Assembly: GCF_036321535.1 (NCBI RefSeq)
Contig: NC_087437.1
Coordinates: 110,610,001 to 110,674,000 of the forward strand
Source: Camelus dromedarius
Lineage: Eukaryota
Length of the DNA: 64,000 bases
Direction: 5' to 3'
The position numbers were made by a program, and so were the translations under genes. Positions 48,536 through 59,976 of this stretch are shown here, piece by piece; positions within the stretch are counted from its first letter, which is position 1, and each line of letters begins with the position of its first letter. Below the pieces are notes generated by a model. It had not been told where the DNA came from and ran no database searches. It was given only the letters and a program-made list of their open reading frames with translations.

Positions 48536-50304
48536 ATGAAAAAATAGATACTTATAAAGATTCTAGGCAAACTTGACTTCATACCAGTTACCGATGCCCC
48601 ACCCCCAAGCTAAAATACATATTCTTTATCAACAAGGGGATCTGGAGGGCAGAAGGATGCAATATGGGGACATGGGGCAAGCATAATCACCATCATTTGA
48701 ATTGGGAAACAAATCAGCTAGAAAGTTGTAACATACACAAGGCAAGCAAGATAGAATTCAAACAGTGCTCACCACACGAAGCGACCGATAGACAGAATCC
48801 CCAGACTTGCCATTGTTTTCAATCCTGGGCTTGCGCTTTATTTTCCACAATGCAGACATCATCAGGCGTGTATTCTCATGACAATTCTACCTCCTGACGT
48901 GCTCGGCACAGAAACAGAAGTTTCTTAAAATACTCGGAGAGCACCAAATGCCTTCTGGCTCCCGAGAGAGCATCCTCTCGTCCAGACAGCCCATGCCGGT
49001 CCTGCCAGGGAGACCTCCGGCTGCATCTCCATGCAAAAAGGACAGCGCCCGTGCGACCCCGAGAGCGGCTCCCACCTCCCGTCAGTGCCCTCTGTGAGGG
49101 TGTCAAAGGCTAACCCGTGGACGAGAACTCATGCTTTGAGTTCACCTGGCAAAACAGAACTTTCAGGAAGGGAGAGAGCCAAGAGGCAAGAAAACAATGC
49201 AACAAAACGCCTCCCTGGGATGTTAGCGGCTCTGCTCTGCGGACCAAGATCAGCTGATTGGCCAGCCCCCTGCACTGCACAGGATTACTAAACCCGCAGG
49301 CTCCTACAACTTTGAAGACACCTCTCACACAGTCGGGAGCAGGCACGAAAAAGCAAATTGTTTTTAACAGTTTATATGTTCACATTTCCCTCCCAATGCT
49401 TTCTTAACAAAAGCAGACGCGTCTGAGACAATAACAATTTGGATTTTTTAAAAAGGCTTTCCAATTGGAAAGGCTCTGAAAATTATTCTAATACTTTGGC
49501 TAAATGGAAAACAAAATCACAGTTGCCAGGGGGTCTGGAATGCAGGACAGGACTGCCCAGAGCTAATTAGCATTCATTTTCAGAGAGAAGAGTTTTCCAT
49601 TAGAAGCAGGGAAACAAGTGGGGGTGGGGGGGAGGTGGCTCTTTGAGGTTGTCACCCACAGTCACAAGAGGAAGGAGGCGGCTTACAAAAGAGAAAGTAC
49701 GCCAGACTGCCCCTGTGGTGTGAAAGTCCCAGCCCCCATTCCGTGGATGTGACATTCCAGTGCCACCACCGCTCAGCAGCAAACTCGAAATTATCTACTT
49801 CCTCAGCCCCAAAGACCACTGGCAGCAAAAACTGCTATCTAAAAAAAAATTTTAAAACACATAAAACTCCCAACATGTGCCCTCTTTATCCTGTCCAATA
49901 TTTCATAAAACAATTCATTTCAGAAGAACAGCAAAAATATTAAACAAAAATTCAACAGCCCTCACGTATTCAGCCAGAATGAAAAAAAAAAAAAAGATTA
50001 CTTGTTTCATTTCATTTATTCACTTGTTTGGTTACTTATTTCTTTTCACATTCTACATGCAGCCCAGTGCATTCAAATTAAGGCTAAAATATCCTTCCAT
50101 TTTTAGGTAAATTACAATTTAAATATTAATGGTCGGTTTATTCCCAAGAAAAAGTATACATGGATAAAGAAGCCACATCAAAAAACATTTAACCTTAATC
50201 AAGGAGCTTAAGATATATGCTTGTTCTTACTTTAAATCATTCTTTTAAATGCACACACAAGGCTTAAGCATTAGGAAGATATTTAAGTGGCTAATGAATA
50301 TATA

Positions 50305-50500
50305 CACTTGATCCTTGAGCAACTCAAGGTTAGGTGTGCAGATCATCTGTGCAGTCAAAAATCTGTATGTGACTTATAGTCTGCCCTCTATATATACTCA
50401 AATTCAACCAACCACAGATCAGTAGTACAGTAGGATCCACTATGGAAAAAAAAATCCACCAATAAGCAGACCCTCGCAGTTCAACCCCAAGGTTCAACAG
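50305..50500. mobile_element. MER8-like Tigger remnant
   Basis: cacttgatccttgagcaac..gcagtcaaaaatctg..ttcaaccaaccacagatc..gcagttcaacccc..aacagta. Confidence 0.65.
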
Positions 50501-51889
50501 TATATCTAAATTGGCTTGTAGTACCCCTAATTAATTAATTCCTTCCTTTTTTTGAAACCTGGTATTTAATACCAGACCTTAACAATCTGGTGAGAAGGTA
50601 GTTTTAGCAAAGCAGTTAACACAGAGCTTCATTTTGCTATCTCAGAGCTGTGTGACCTTCAGCGAGTTGCTTGACCTCTCTGTTCCAATATGGTCATCTA
50701 TAAAATATGCGGAATAACAGTATCTCTCTCAGGAATACTGTGAGGATGAGATGAGTTAATATGGAACAGCACTCAAGATATATGACACTACATAAGAATT
50801 AGATCTCATTTACTACTAATAACACACAGTAGGACCCGATTTCCAAGAACCATTTGCCCAGGTTTTTGCTTTCAAATATCTTAAGTGAGAAATTTAACTC
50901 ATTATAGACTATTTTATCTAAGTAACTTGGGTTACATTACAAAATAGTTCAAATAAAGAAGATAAAATCTGAATCAAACCAACATTAAGAGTATTTTCAG
51001 GTACAGAATCACACAGTGCTCCCTACATTCAACCTAGAAAAAAGGACTATGAACCTATGGTGTCAATGAGTTGAACAATATTCAGATCATCCATCACCCA
51101 AACTTGTTGTCAATAACTGCGAAGAAATTGTCTTTTATGAGAGCCCAGCGTGCATTTCTACAGTGAAATCCAGGAACAGCGTCGCCTGTTCTTACACGTG
51201 ACCCTGTCTGTTCCAGGCATGTTTCAGCATCTAATTCTCTGGAGAAAGAGCCATGAAGTCAGACAGGCACCTGGGGTAAGTCAGCAAAACCCTGGAGCCT
51301 CTTCCTTCCTCTCGGCTGCCAGAACCTAATATTATAGAGGATCCTGTTGAGGACCTCATGACTCACTATATTTAAAACGGAAACAATCTCTCAAAATCCA
51401 CAAGAGGAGGAGAACACTGGGCTATTGCAATGAGGTAAAAATGATCCAAGTGACCAAGTATTCAGAAATAAACGTCTTAGATCCAGGAAAAATAACTGTA
51501 TTCCCAAATCAAATTAGAAACTGAGAATTAACATTTTCAGTGTCTGTAACAGAACAATTTAATAAACACCCTTCAAAATATCTTACCTAGGTAGGTAAAA
51601 GTCCTTAAAAATAAAAGGTAACTTTAAGCAAGCTTTTGTCTGTCTTTTTTGGCTTTAAGTGAAACATGTATATTTCCATTTTTTAGCTGTTTAACTCATA
51701 ACCAACAACATAAAACCTGTTAGTCTATAAATATTACATTTCTAAACATTAAAGTTATTTTCAAATACTAAATTTTATACTGTGCTCAACTTAGACACTG
51801 AGAATGACGATCCCAAGATGGCAAAAGAGAAACATATGGGTAGAAAGATGCTGAAGATAGTCACCCATATGCAGTCAAGAAAGTCCTAC

Positions 51890-51957
51890 GCTGAAACATT
51901 ATGCTGTGCACTGGAAATTGACATATTGTAACTGACTATATACTTCAATTAAAAAAA
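51890..51957 (+). mobile_element. Ultra-short L1 3' tail (~70 bp) with 10-bp TSD
   Basis: ctgaaacattatgctgtgcactggaaattgacatattgtaactgactatatacttcaattaaaa; TSD aaagtcctac at 51880-51889 and 51958-51967. Confidence 0.85.
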
Positions 51958-52915
51958 AAAGTCCTACAAAGATACATAAAGACAAAAACAGACAAAAAGT
52001 ACACATGTAGGAATGCAGGTTTTTAAAATAATCATTCATAATTGAAGAGCATCTTTTCATTATCAATATCCATTATATTACTTGACCCACCCAATCATCC
52101 AGTCACTGGACAAGGTCAAGAATCACCCTGATACTGTAGATGAGAAAACAAAGGTGTAATTTAAAGTTATATGATATGCCCAGGTTACGTGACAGGTATA
52201 TGTCACAAAAGAATGGGAGATAGGTACAGCGACCAACATAAATATGTTCACAACATTCTGAAAAAAACAGATGAATAAATACAGGAACATAATCACACAC
52301 ACACACCTGTTTCCACTGGGGAGGAGTCTTTGGATATAGGTAACTGAGTTTTAAAATTGTTACACTTTGGAGACTATGATGAGAAGAGTTTATTGACACA
52401 TGGACTCTTTAGGAAGGGAGATAAAAGCATGATGAATTATAGAAAACAAATTCACAAGTTGCATCAAAGTGTCAGAATAAGACCTTTGTTACAGTGTGCA
52501 ACCAGCTGAGAAACAGAGTTTGAATTAATAAAAAGATTGTTTCCTTCCTTTTAATGTAAAAGATGCTCACCTTTTCAAGAGCTAAAGGAATTCATTAGAG
52601 AAACCATGAGTTGCAGGAAAGTAAAACTGACCCCACGGTACACATTTTGGATGCCATTTCGTCACACACAAGTGGAGGCATAAGAAGGAAACAGGGTGGA
52701 ATTAGACTTTAACTCATCAAGAGTGATCTCTGCCCTGTGTCCTCACACATGGGTTTGTTCTCAAGGCTCTAATTTGGATTTCATATCCTAGTTAGTGACA
52801 TCTCAGAAGTAAAAACACTTTGGTCCCGTGGAGGGGCCTTCTAACCACATACAACTGGAGAGGTGACGTTCTTTGGTGGTTCAAGACAGAGGATGTGAAA
52901 ATGGAAATCTCTCAC

Positions 52916-53019
52916 CTTGCTGCTGTGATCAGTCTCATCTGAGGATTCCAAGTCTGGCCCCTCGGGCTCCTCCGGAGCGGTCTCGGCACTGCTGCCCTGC
53001 TCGCTGCAGAGGCTGTGCC
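52916..53019 (-). CDS. TIAM1: TIAM1 internal coding exon (post-PDZ linker), 104 nt
   Basis: Translates (G)HSLCSEQGSSAETAPEEPEGPDLESSDETDHSSK; acceptor tttcctctcgcag, donor AAG|gtgaga; matches recalled TIAM1 sequence. Confidence 0.95.
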
Positions 53020-53182
53020 CTGCGAGAGGAAATGGGAAGGAAACGTGGGTCAGAACGTACTGTAACTGCTAAAAGCCACACTGGTGCAAGGGAGTATGGC
53101 GGTCAAGTTCATGATGCGCACATATATTGTTAGACCCTCCAAGTATATGCTCCATGATCTCAGTTCAGTAAATGTTAGTTTT

Positions 53183-53280
53183 GGGATGGGGGACATAGCT
53201 CAGTGGTGAAGCATGTGCTTGGCATGCATGAGGTCCTGGGTTCAACTCCCAGTACTTGGGGAAAAAATAGGGAAAAAAAG
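53183..53280 (+). mobile_element. tRNA-derived SINE (vic-1-like)
   Basis: catagctcagtggtgaagcatgtgcttggcatgcatgaggtcctgggttcaactcccagtac. Confidence 0.85.
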
Positions 53281-53375
53281 TTAAGTTTTTGTTGTTTTTA
53301 TTGTTACCACTATTGTTATTTTAAAATAGAGTATATTTTATTATTCATAATATATATTTTATAATATATAATAAT

Positions 53376-53690
53376 TGCTATGGACTGAATGTTTGTCTTC
53401 CCCTCCATCCTCCGACAATTTCATATGCTGAAGCCCCAGCCTCCAGAGTGACTGTATTTCGAGATGAGGCCTTTGGGAGATAATTAGGTTTAGATGAGGT
53501 CTCAAGAGTGGGCTTAGTGTCATTATAAGAGGAGGGAGAGACACCAGAGCTCCCCTCCCCCGACAGTCCCTCATGTGAGGACACAGAGCGAATGACCTTG
53601 AACTTCCTGGCCTCCGAAACTGAGAAATAAGTGTGTGTTGTTTAAGCCACCCAGTCTGTGGTGTCCTGCCACAGCAGTCCCAGTGATTTA
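53376..53690 (+). mobile_element. MaLR solo LTR, MLT1A-like
   Basis: Starts tgctatggactgaatgtttgtc; contains tttgggagataattaggtttagatgaggtc and gtttaagccacccagtctgtggt. Confidence 0.85.
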
Positions 53691-54002
53691 TAATATATAC
53701 AATAAAATTTAAACAAAATTAACTTAGTTGATTTGATTTATAGTCAACAAATTAATTCCTACATCAATTACTTAATTGCTAAAATAACTGAATAAGCCAA
53801 TTTGATAATATTTTTAAAAAATAACTGTTTCATATAGATTACCTGGAAAACTTTAAACATCTCACAACACCCACTATCCCACCACATTCTATGCAAAAGT
53901 GCAGGCAACTTTCTTTCCTATTTTACAGAGTCCCTACTACACTGGTTGGCTAGGGTGACTCCCCGCACTAGGGAAAAGAGTATTAAAATCACTTTCCTCT
54001 GG

Positions 54003-54172
54003 AGGGCTTCTTAAATTTAAAGAGCATCTGAACTGCCTGAGGGGTCATGTTATACAGATTCAGATTCAAAAGCTATGGAATTAGACTTAACAATTCTGCA
54101 TTTCTTACAAGCTCCAAGATGATGTCAATCAAGTACTGCAGGTCCACGGACCACACTTTGAGTAACAAGTCT
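54003..54172. mobile_element. MER5A-like remnant
   Basis: attctgcatttcttacaagctcc..gcaggtccacggaccacactttgagtaacaag. Confidence 0.7.
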
Positions 54173-55805
54173 TTAGGACATTTACAGACCTCTAGCTCAT
54201 CTGGTTAGACAGTGGTCTGATTACCATTATCTTAGACTATGCCAGGCACTGGACTAGGGACTACGGCACCGTCAGTGTAACTAGATGAGAGAGAAGGAAA
54301 GAAAGAGAAGAAACAGGAGTGGAGGGAGCCGCTTCCAGACTCTGGATGAACATGTCAGTCTGCAAAGAGGCCACCTCACTCCAGTGACACCATTACAGTC
54401 ATAAACTGTTGGCATCACTTTCTGTTCAAATTCTAGGTTGGTTGGGAAATGAAGGGAAGAAGCCAGCCTCTGAGTAAACCCTGCTCCAGGGCTCCTCTCC
54501 TCCCCTGGGATGAAGGACCAATGAAGCAAATGCACTTTATGTGACTCATAGGTTTGTCTGTTTCCCCCTCTTGCTCTGGTGCTACAATTTCCTTATAGTT
54601 CTTTTAATTACTTGTTCACTGGATAGCATGGTGGTAGCAGTCAGAGAAAGAAGCCTGGTTCACTTGGTGGACATAAACAATGTCACACTGTCACTTCTAG
54701 AGGAAAAAAAAAGGGACTGAACAGTTGAAGTGGGGGCAATGACCCAGATGCTGGGGCCAGTAGTAGGGGAAGTGCTGATTCCCAATGTGGAGGAGGAGGG
54801 ACCCTTCCTACGAGCACTAAACTCCAAGATGGCAGAAACCACGGCTCTCTGAGCACTAAGCAGGCGGCCAGGCTGTACCACACACAAGGACACCTTCATG
54901 CCACAGTCTGCAGAATGGTGACCCCAGACCATACTGCCAAACGCTGTGACCCTGTGTATCTCCACTGCATATCATAATAGAGATGCTCACAAAACAGTAG
55001 AAAAACAAATGAAAGCATTTTCATTGTTAACAATCCTATGAACCAGGTATCCTGAAAAGGAAGCAAAAAACAAAACAAACCCTAATTCTACAAAACACTT
55101 AAAAATGCTAAGTAAAAGAGAACAAAATCCTTTTTAAACATAAAGCTGAGCTCCAAGAAATCCCCAGAACCCAAAATGAAGAAGACAAAGGAAGTGGGAG
55201 TGACGGGCCAGTCCCAAAGCCGTGGCAGTGCTGAGTCTCCAAACCCCAAACCCTGGAGCGGTGTTTCCCAAAGGGAACGGGAACCTCTTGGTGTCTGGAG
55301 AGGACGATGTCTGAGAGGAAAATGGTACGTTTGGCAGGTACACCTGGCACTGGCCTTCCTGGGACCCTGGGCACCAAGTACCTTCAGCATGTCCCAGTCA
55401 CTGGGACATTCAAAAACGTACCACACATATCCCAACAGCAGAACCACCTGAGCTTGGGAACCACAGCCCTGGACACTTTGGCTTTAAGTGTGAAGCTGTG
55501 AGACAGAAAATAGGTGTTGGGTCAGTACAAGCTGGAGAATCAGAACAGAATGTCTCACATTCATGTGGTTCCCCTGAAGGGATGCACCCTCACCCTAAAA
55601 AGATTTGTAAAAGATATATTTTTTTTAAGTACTCACTGGCAAAAGAGGAAAAAAAGAAAAGAAAAGGAAGCTTATTTAATTCTGCCTGTACTCTGGGATA
55701 GGAGAGGGCAAGGAAGAAGGGTTTCTTCTTGGAGATCATAACCACAGGCTGGCCTCATGGGTGTTTAAGAATCAAATTACCCTAAATACTGCATCGAGAC
55801 GCCAA

Positions 55806-56195
55806 TGTCTCAGTCTGCTTGAGCTGCTGTAACAAAGACTGCAGACTCGGTGGCTTAAACAAGGGACACTTACTTCTCTCAGTTCTTAAGCTGGAAGTCA
55901 AAGATCAAGGTGCCAGCAGACACTTTTTGGTGAGCACTTTCCCTGGCTTGCAGACGGCTGCCATCTGGCTGGGTACCCATGTGACCTCTCTTTGTGTGTG
56001 CAAGGAGACAGGAGTTGAGCCCTGGTCTCTCCTCCTCTTCTTATAAGGACATTAATCCCACTATGGAAGTGCCATGCTCATAACATCATCTAAACCTAAC
56101 CAGCTCTCCAAAGCCCCGACTCCTAATGACCCTCACATCGGGTAAGGGCTTCAACATAGGAATTTTGGCAGAACACAAACATTCAGTCCATGGTA
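55806..56195 (-). mobile_element. MaLR solo LTR, MLT1A/B-like, reverse
   Basis: tgtctcagtctgcttgagctgctgtaacaaa..ggtggcttaaac..cttataaggacattaatccc..acaaacattcagtccatggta. Confidence 0.85.
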
Positions 56196-56299
56196 CTCAG
56201 GATGAAAAACTGCCTTAAAGTCATTCTAAAATTGCATTCCAAGGGCATCTGGCAGAAGCCAAAACAAGTCTGCTTGGGTGGGATTCACCCTTAGTGATG

Positions 56300-58280
56300 G
56301 TATCATATTAATGGTCAGAGGTGAGCCTGTCAAACAAGAACCTATAATTCATTATTACAAAACACAAGGAGAACCAAGTCCTGGTGAGGGAGAAGCAGCA
56401 GCCACAGCAAGCAGCAGGACCAGATTCTCAAGGAACAACATCACAATTATAGGATAAAGTCAAGTAAGCATGAGTTTCAAAAGGAACAAGAAAAGAGACC
56501 CTTTTTCAAAAAAAAAAAAGGTAAATTAAAATTTTTAGGGATGAGAACTATAACCACTGAAATTAAACACACAATGGATAAGAATAAAGGTGGAAGAAAG
56601 ATTGGAAGACTTAGCTGAAGACATCACTTCACAAGAGCACAGAAATCCTCAAATGCTGACAATTCAATTATCAATATAGAATTGTACTTCAAGCCATAGT
56701 ATTCAAGAAGAATATATTAAAAATCATTTAACAAAGAATGAGAAAGTTTACTACCTACAGAACCTCACTAAAAAATAATCTCTAAAGGATGGACTTTAGG
56801 TGGGAAAAAAATACACACACACACATATATACACACACACTGGTATATAAGGTGAAATGATAAAATAAAGAGCTGATATACACACAGGCAAGTCTTAGTG
56901 TATAAAACACTCCACTTACTCCCCCAAAAGGCATTTGGAGGTTACAAAAACACAAGATGAAACTAAAACAATGGTAGGGGCGAATGTATTTAAATCACTT
57001 CATGGTCCTTTGAAGTTTCAAGAGGAAAATAAAAAGAATTTGGTCTTTGTTTTGTTAGGAATCATGTTAAAATTTTAAAGGCAGCCACTGAAAGAACAGA
57101 ATTTGACTGTGTGAGTTTAAAGGGGAAAGTGGAATTTAGAAATTTAACCCAAGAGGGCAGGAAAGGGCAGGAAGGACAAACAACACCAAGACAGCAAAAT
57201 ATGATGACAGAAATGAGCCAAAATACATGGCTCTTCTAAGTAAATGGAATGTAGACTAAACTCGATATTTAAACTTCATGTTTAGATAAAAAAACAAAGC
57301 AATGTCATCCAAAGCCCCACATATATGCTATTTGCAAGAAACAGACCTAAATACAAAGACACAGAAGATTATAAGTAAAGAGATGGAAAATATTTTAGGC
57401 AAACGTCAAGAAAGCTCTACAAATGCCAGACAAAACAGATCTAGTCAGAATGTGTAGAAGATGTAAACATCACGAATTATTCAGCCTGATCCATGAATCT
57501 ATGTCAAACCCTATTCACAAGATTTGTGAATATACCCCGCCCCAGGATCAGCAACTGATGCAAACAGGCCACGTATGAAGCCATAATATAAATCTCAGCA
57601 AATACCAAAGAATCTGAATTCAGACAGACCACACCAGCAGCATTATTTTTGGAACTGAAATTGTTATGAAAGAGCAAAAGGCCAATAACACCAAAGACAG
57701 TTTTAGAGAAGGCAAACAAGATTGGGATACTTTGTCTACCAGATATCAAAATGTATTCAAAGTTGCAGTAATATAAAGCAGGGCAGAATTAGCAGGAAGA
57801 CAGGCTGACAGAACGGAGTCCCAGAAGCAGCCCCACCCGTGTATGGAAGTGTGATGTACAGCAGATGTGTCATTGCCGATCTGGGGGAAAAGAATGGAAC
57901 AGCTGACAACGTGGCTGGGGCAGCAGATTACCCACATGGGAAAATAAAATGTTGGACCCTAACTCACACCATTCACAAAAATCAATACCAGGGAGGTATA
58001 AACCAGAGAGTGAAAGGTCCAAACTATAAATCTTTCAGCAGGAAGTATCGAAGAAAATGCATGTTACTCAGGGGAGAGAGAAGAATTTCTTAAACAAGAT
58101 AGAAAAAGCACAAACCATGTGAGATAGAAAATCAGATTTTACTAAAATTGAAAACTTTCTTGATCCAGGGGCACCCTAAATACAACAAGACACATTCTAG
58201 ACTGAGAAAAGTTATATGCAACACACATAACTGGCAAAAATATTAATATCTAGAATATAAAAGAAAACCTATGAACCAAT
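56300..58280 (+). mobile_element. Fragmented ancient L1 (L1M) internal sequence
   Basis: A-rich with L1 ORF2-like pieces (atatgctatttgcaagaaacagacctaaatacaaagacacaga; ctaccagatatcaaa; ctcacaccattcacaaaaatcaa). Boundaries approximate. Confidence 0.65.
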
Positions 58281-58399
58281 AACTGTGGGTATATCTGATT
58301 CTAAAGTATATATTCTTTCTTACCCTGTTAGCCATGCTTCTGCCCTTAATTGATGGTAAAAATTAATAAAATAGGAGAGAAAGGGAAAGAGCAATGCAG

Positions 58400-58847
58400 C
58401 TGTGAAAGCGGTTGGCAAAGATGACAGTGATGTTTCCTCCCACCCCTTTAAGCACAGATCTGTGTGTCTATTTCCCTACCCCATGAATTTGGGCTGACTT
58501 TGTAACTTGCTTTGGCCACAAGTGGAGATATGTGAATTCTGACCTAACGCTTCATTCAAGTGGCCTTGCAGTTTCTAGTCTGGCCCTTCCAGGAACCCAC
58601 CTTGCAATGAAACCCTTCTTGAGGATAAGAGACCTCAAGGAGAAAGGGGTCCAGCCAACCAGTCATGAAATATGTGAGTGAGGCCATTTAAACCAGCCCC
58701 AGTCACACCCAGGTGACATGAGTGATTGAGACAAGGACAGCAGAACAGCCACTCAGTTGAGCCCAACCCAAACTGCTGAGCATAGACAGTGAGCAAATTA
58801 AATGGTGTTTTGAGTGGTTTGTTACGCAGCAGTAGATAACCAATACA
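58400..58847 (+). mobile_element. Old MaLR LTR (MLT1 group)
   Basis: gggctgactttgtaacttgctttggcca..gtgagtgaggccatt..gagcccaacccaaactgc..ggtttgttacgcagcagtagataaccaataca. Confidence 0.75.
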
Positions 58848-59387
58848 TGGTTAGGGGGAATACAGTGATCAGAGAAAGCCAGAGAGGCAGGAATTGAGAA
58901 TGATGCCCTTCAAGAGAGCTGAAGAGAGATACCAGCATGACAGGAACAGGGAACCCAATCAGGAGAAGTCTTGTTCTTGCTCCTGTACTCCAAGGCCTGC
59001 TCAGCATACTTCCCAGCTTAAGAAGCATATATAACAACACCGTCAACTTTCTTGGCAACCCCATACAAACACAATTTTATTTTCCTTAACTTCAAGCTTC
59101 CTTCACTTCGAGAGACTTTCCTCCAACAACAGATACTGAAGGAATAATCTTTGTGGTGGAGGTAGCTGTCCCCATTTACTCACCAGTACACACACAGATG
59201 GCCCAAGAAAGCCAAAGACAAGGCTGGGAGGTGGTTGAAGAAGTATCTGAGCAGGGGAGCTGCCGGTCCCACCTCTCCACTCTAAGCCTAGCACTTAGCA
59301 CACCACCTGGCAAAGAGGAGGCGCCCAGTAACCACCCGGCAGCTCGGAGAGGGAGCGGGGCCAGAACGAAGGAGACAAAGGATGAAC

Positions 59388-59976
59388 GGAGTGTTATTCA
59401 GCCATAAAAACAAAGGAGATCTTACCATTTGCAACAAAATGGATGGACCTTGAGGGCATTATGCCAAGTGAAAAGGCAAGGAAAAGACAGGAAAAGGCAA
59501 GCGCCCCATGATCTCACTTACACAGGGAATCTGAGAAAACAATCCAAAAACTGAACTCATAAGAACAGATGGGTGGAGGGTGGGAGGCAGGTGGGTGAAA
59601 TGGCTGAAGGGGGTCGAAAGGTACAAATTTCAAGTTATAAAAGGAATAAGTCACGGAGATGCAGCATATGGCATGGTGACTATATTTACACTATATCGTG
59701 TATTTGAAAATGGCTAAGAAATTGATGCAACATTGTAAACTGACTACACTTCAATTAAAAAATTTAAAAATTTTAAATTTTTAAAAAATGGCAAGTTGCT
59801 AAGAAAATAAATCTTGAAAGTTTTCATCACACACACAAATTTTAACTATATGTGGTGACAGACGTTAATCAGATTTATTGTGTTCATTTCACAATATACA
59901 CAAATAGCAAATCATGTTGTACACCTGAAACTAATATAACATCATATGTCAATTACATCTTAATTTTTAAAAAAAG
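59388..59976 (+). mobile_element. L1 3' region with a nested younger L1 tail (~59719-59790)
   Basis: attcagccataaaa..ccatttgcaacaaaatggatggaccttgagggcattatg..gtacacctgaaactaatataac; inserted gaaattgatgcaacattgtaaactgactacacttcaattaaaa. Confidence 0.88.

Noticed and set aside
9507..53280. Four tRNA-like sequences as tRNA genes
   Set aside because: They have A/B boxes but degenerate stems, A-rich tails and TSDs, so they are SINEs.
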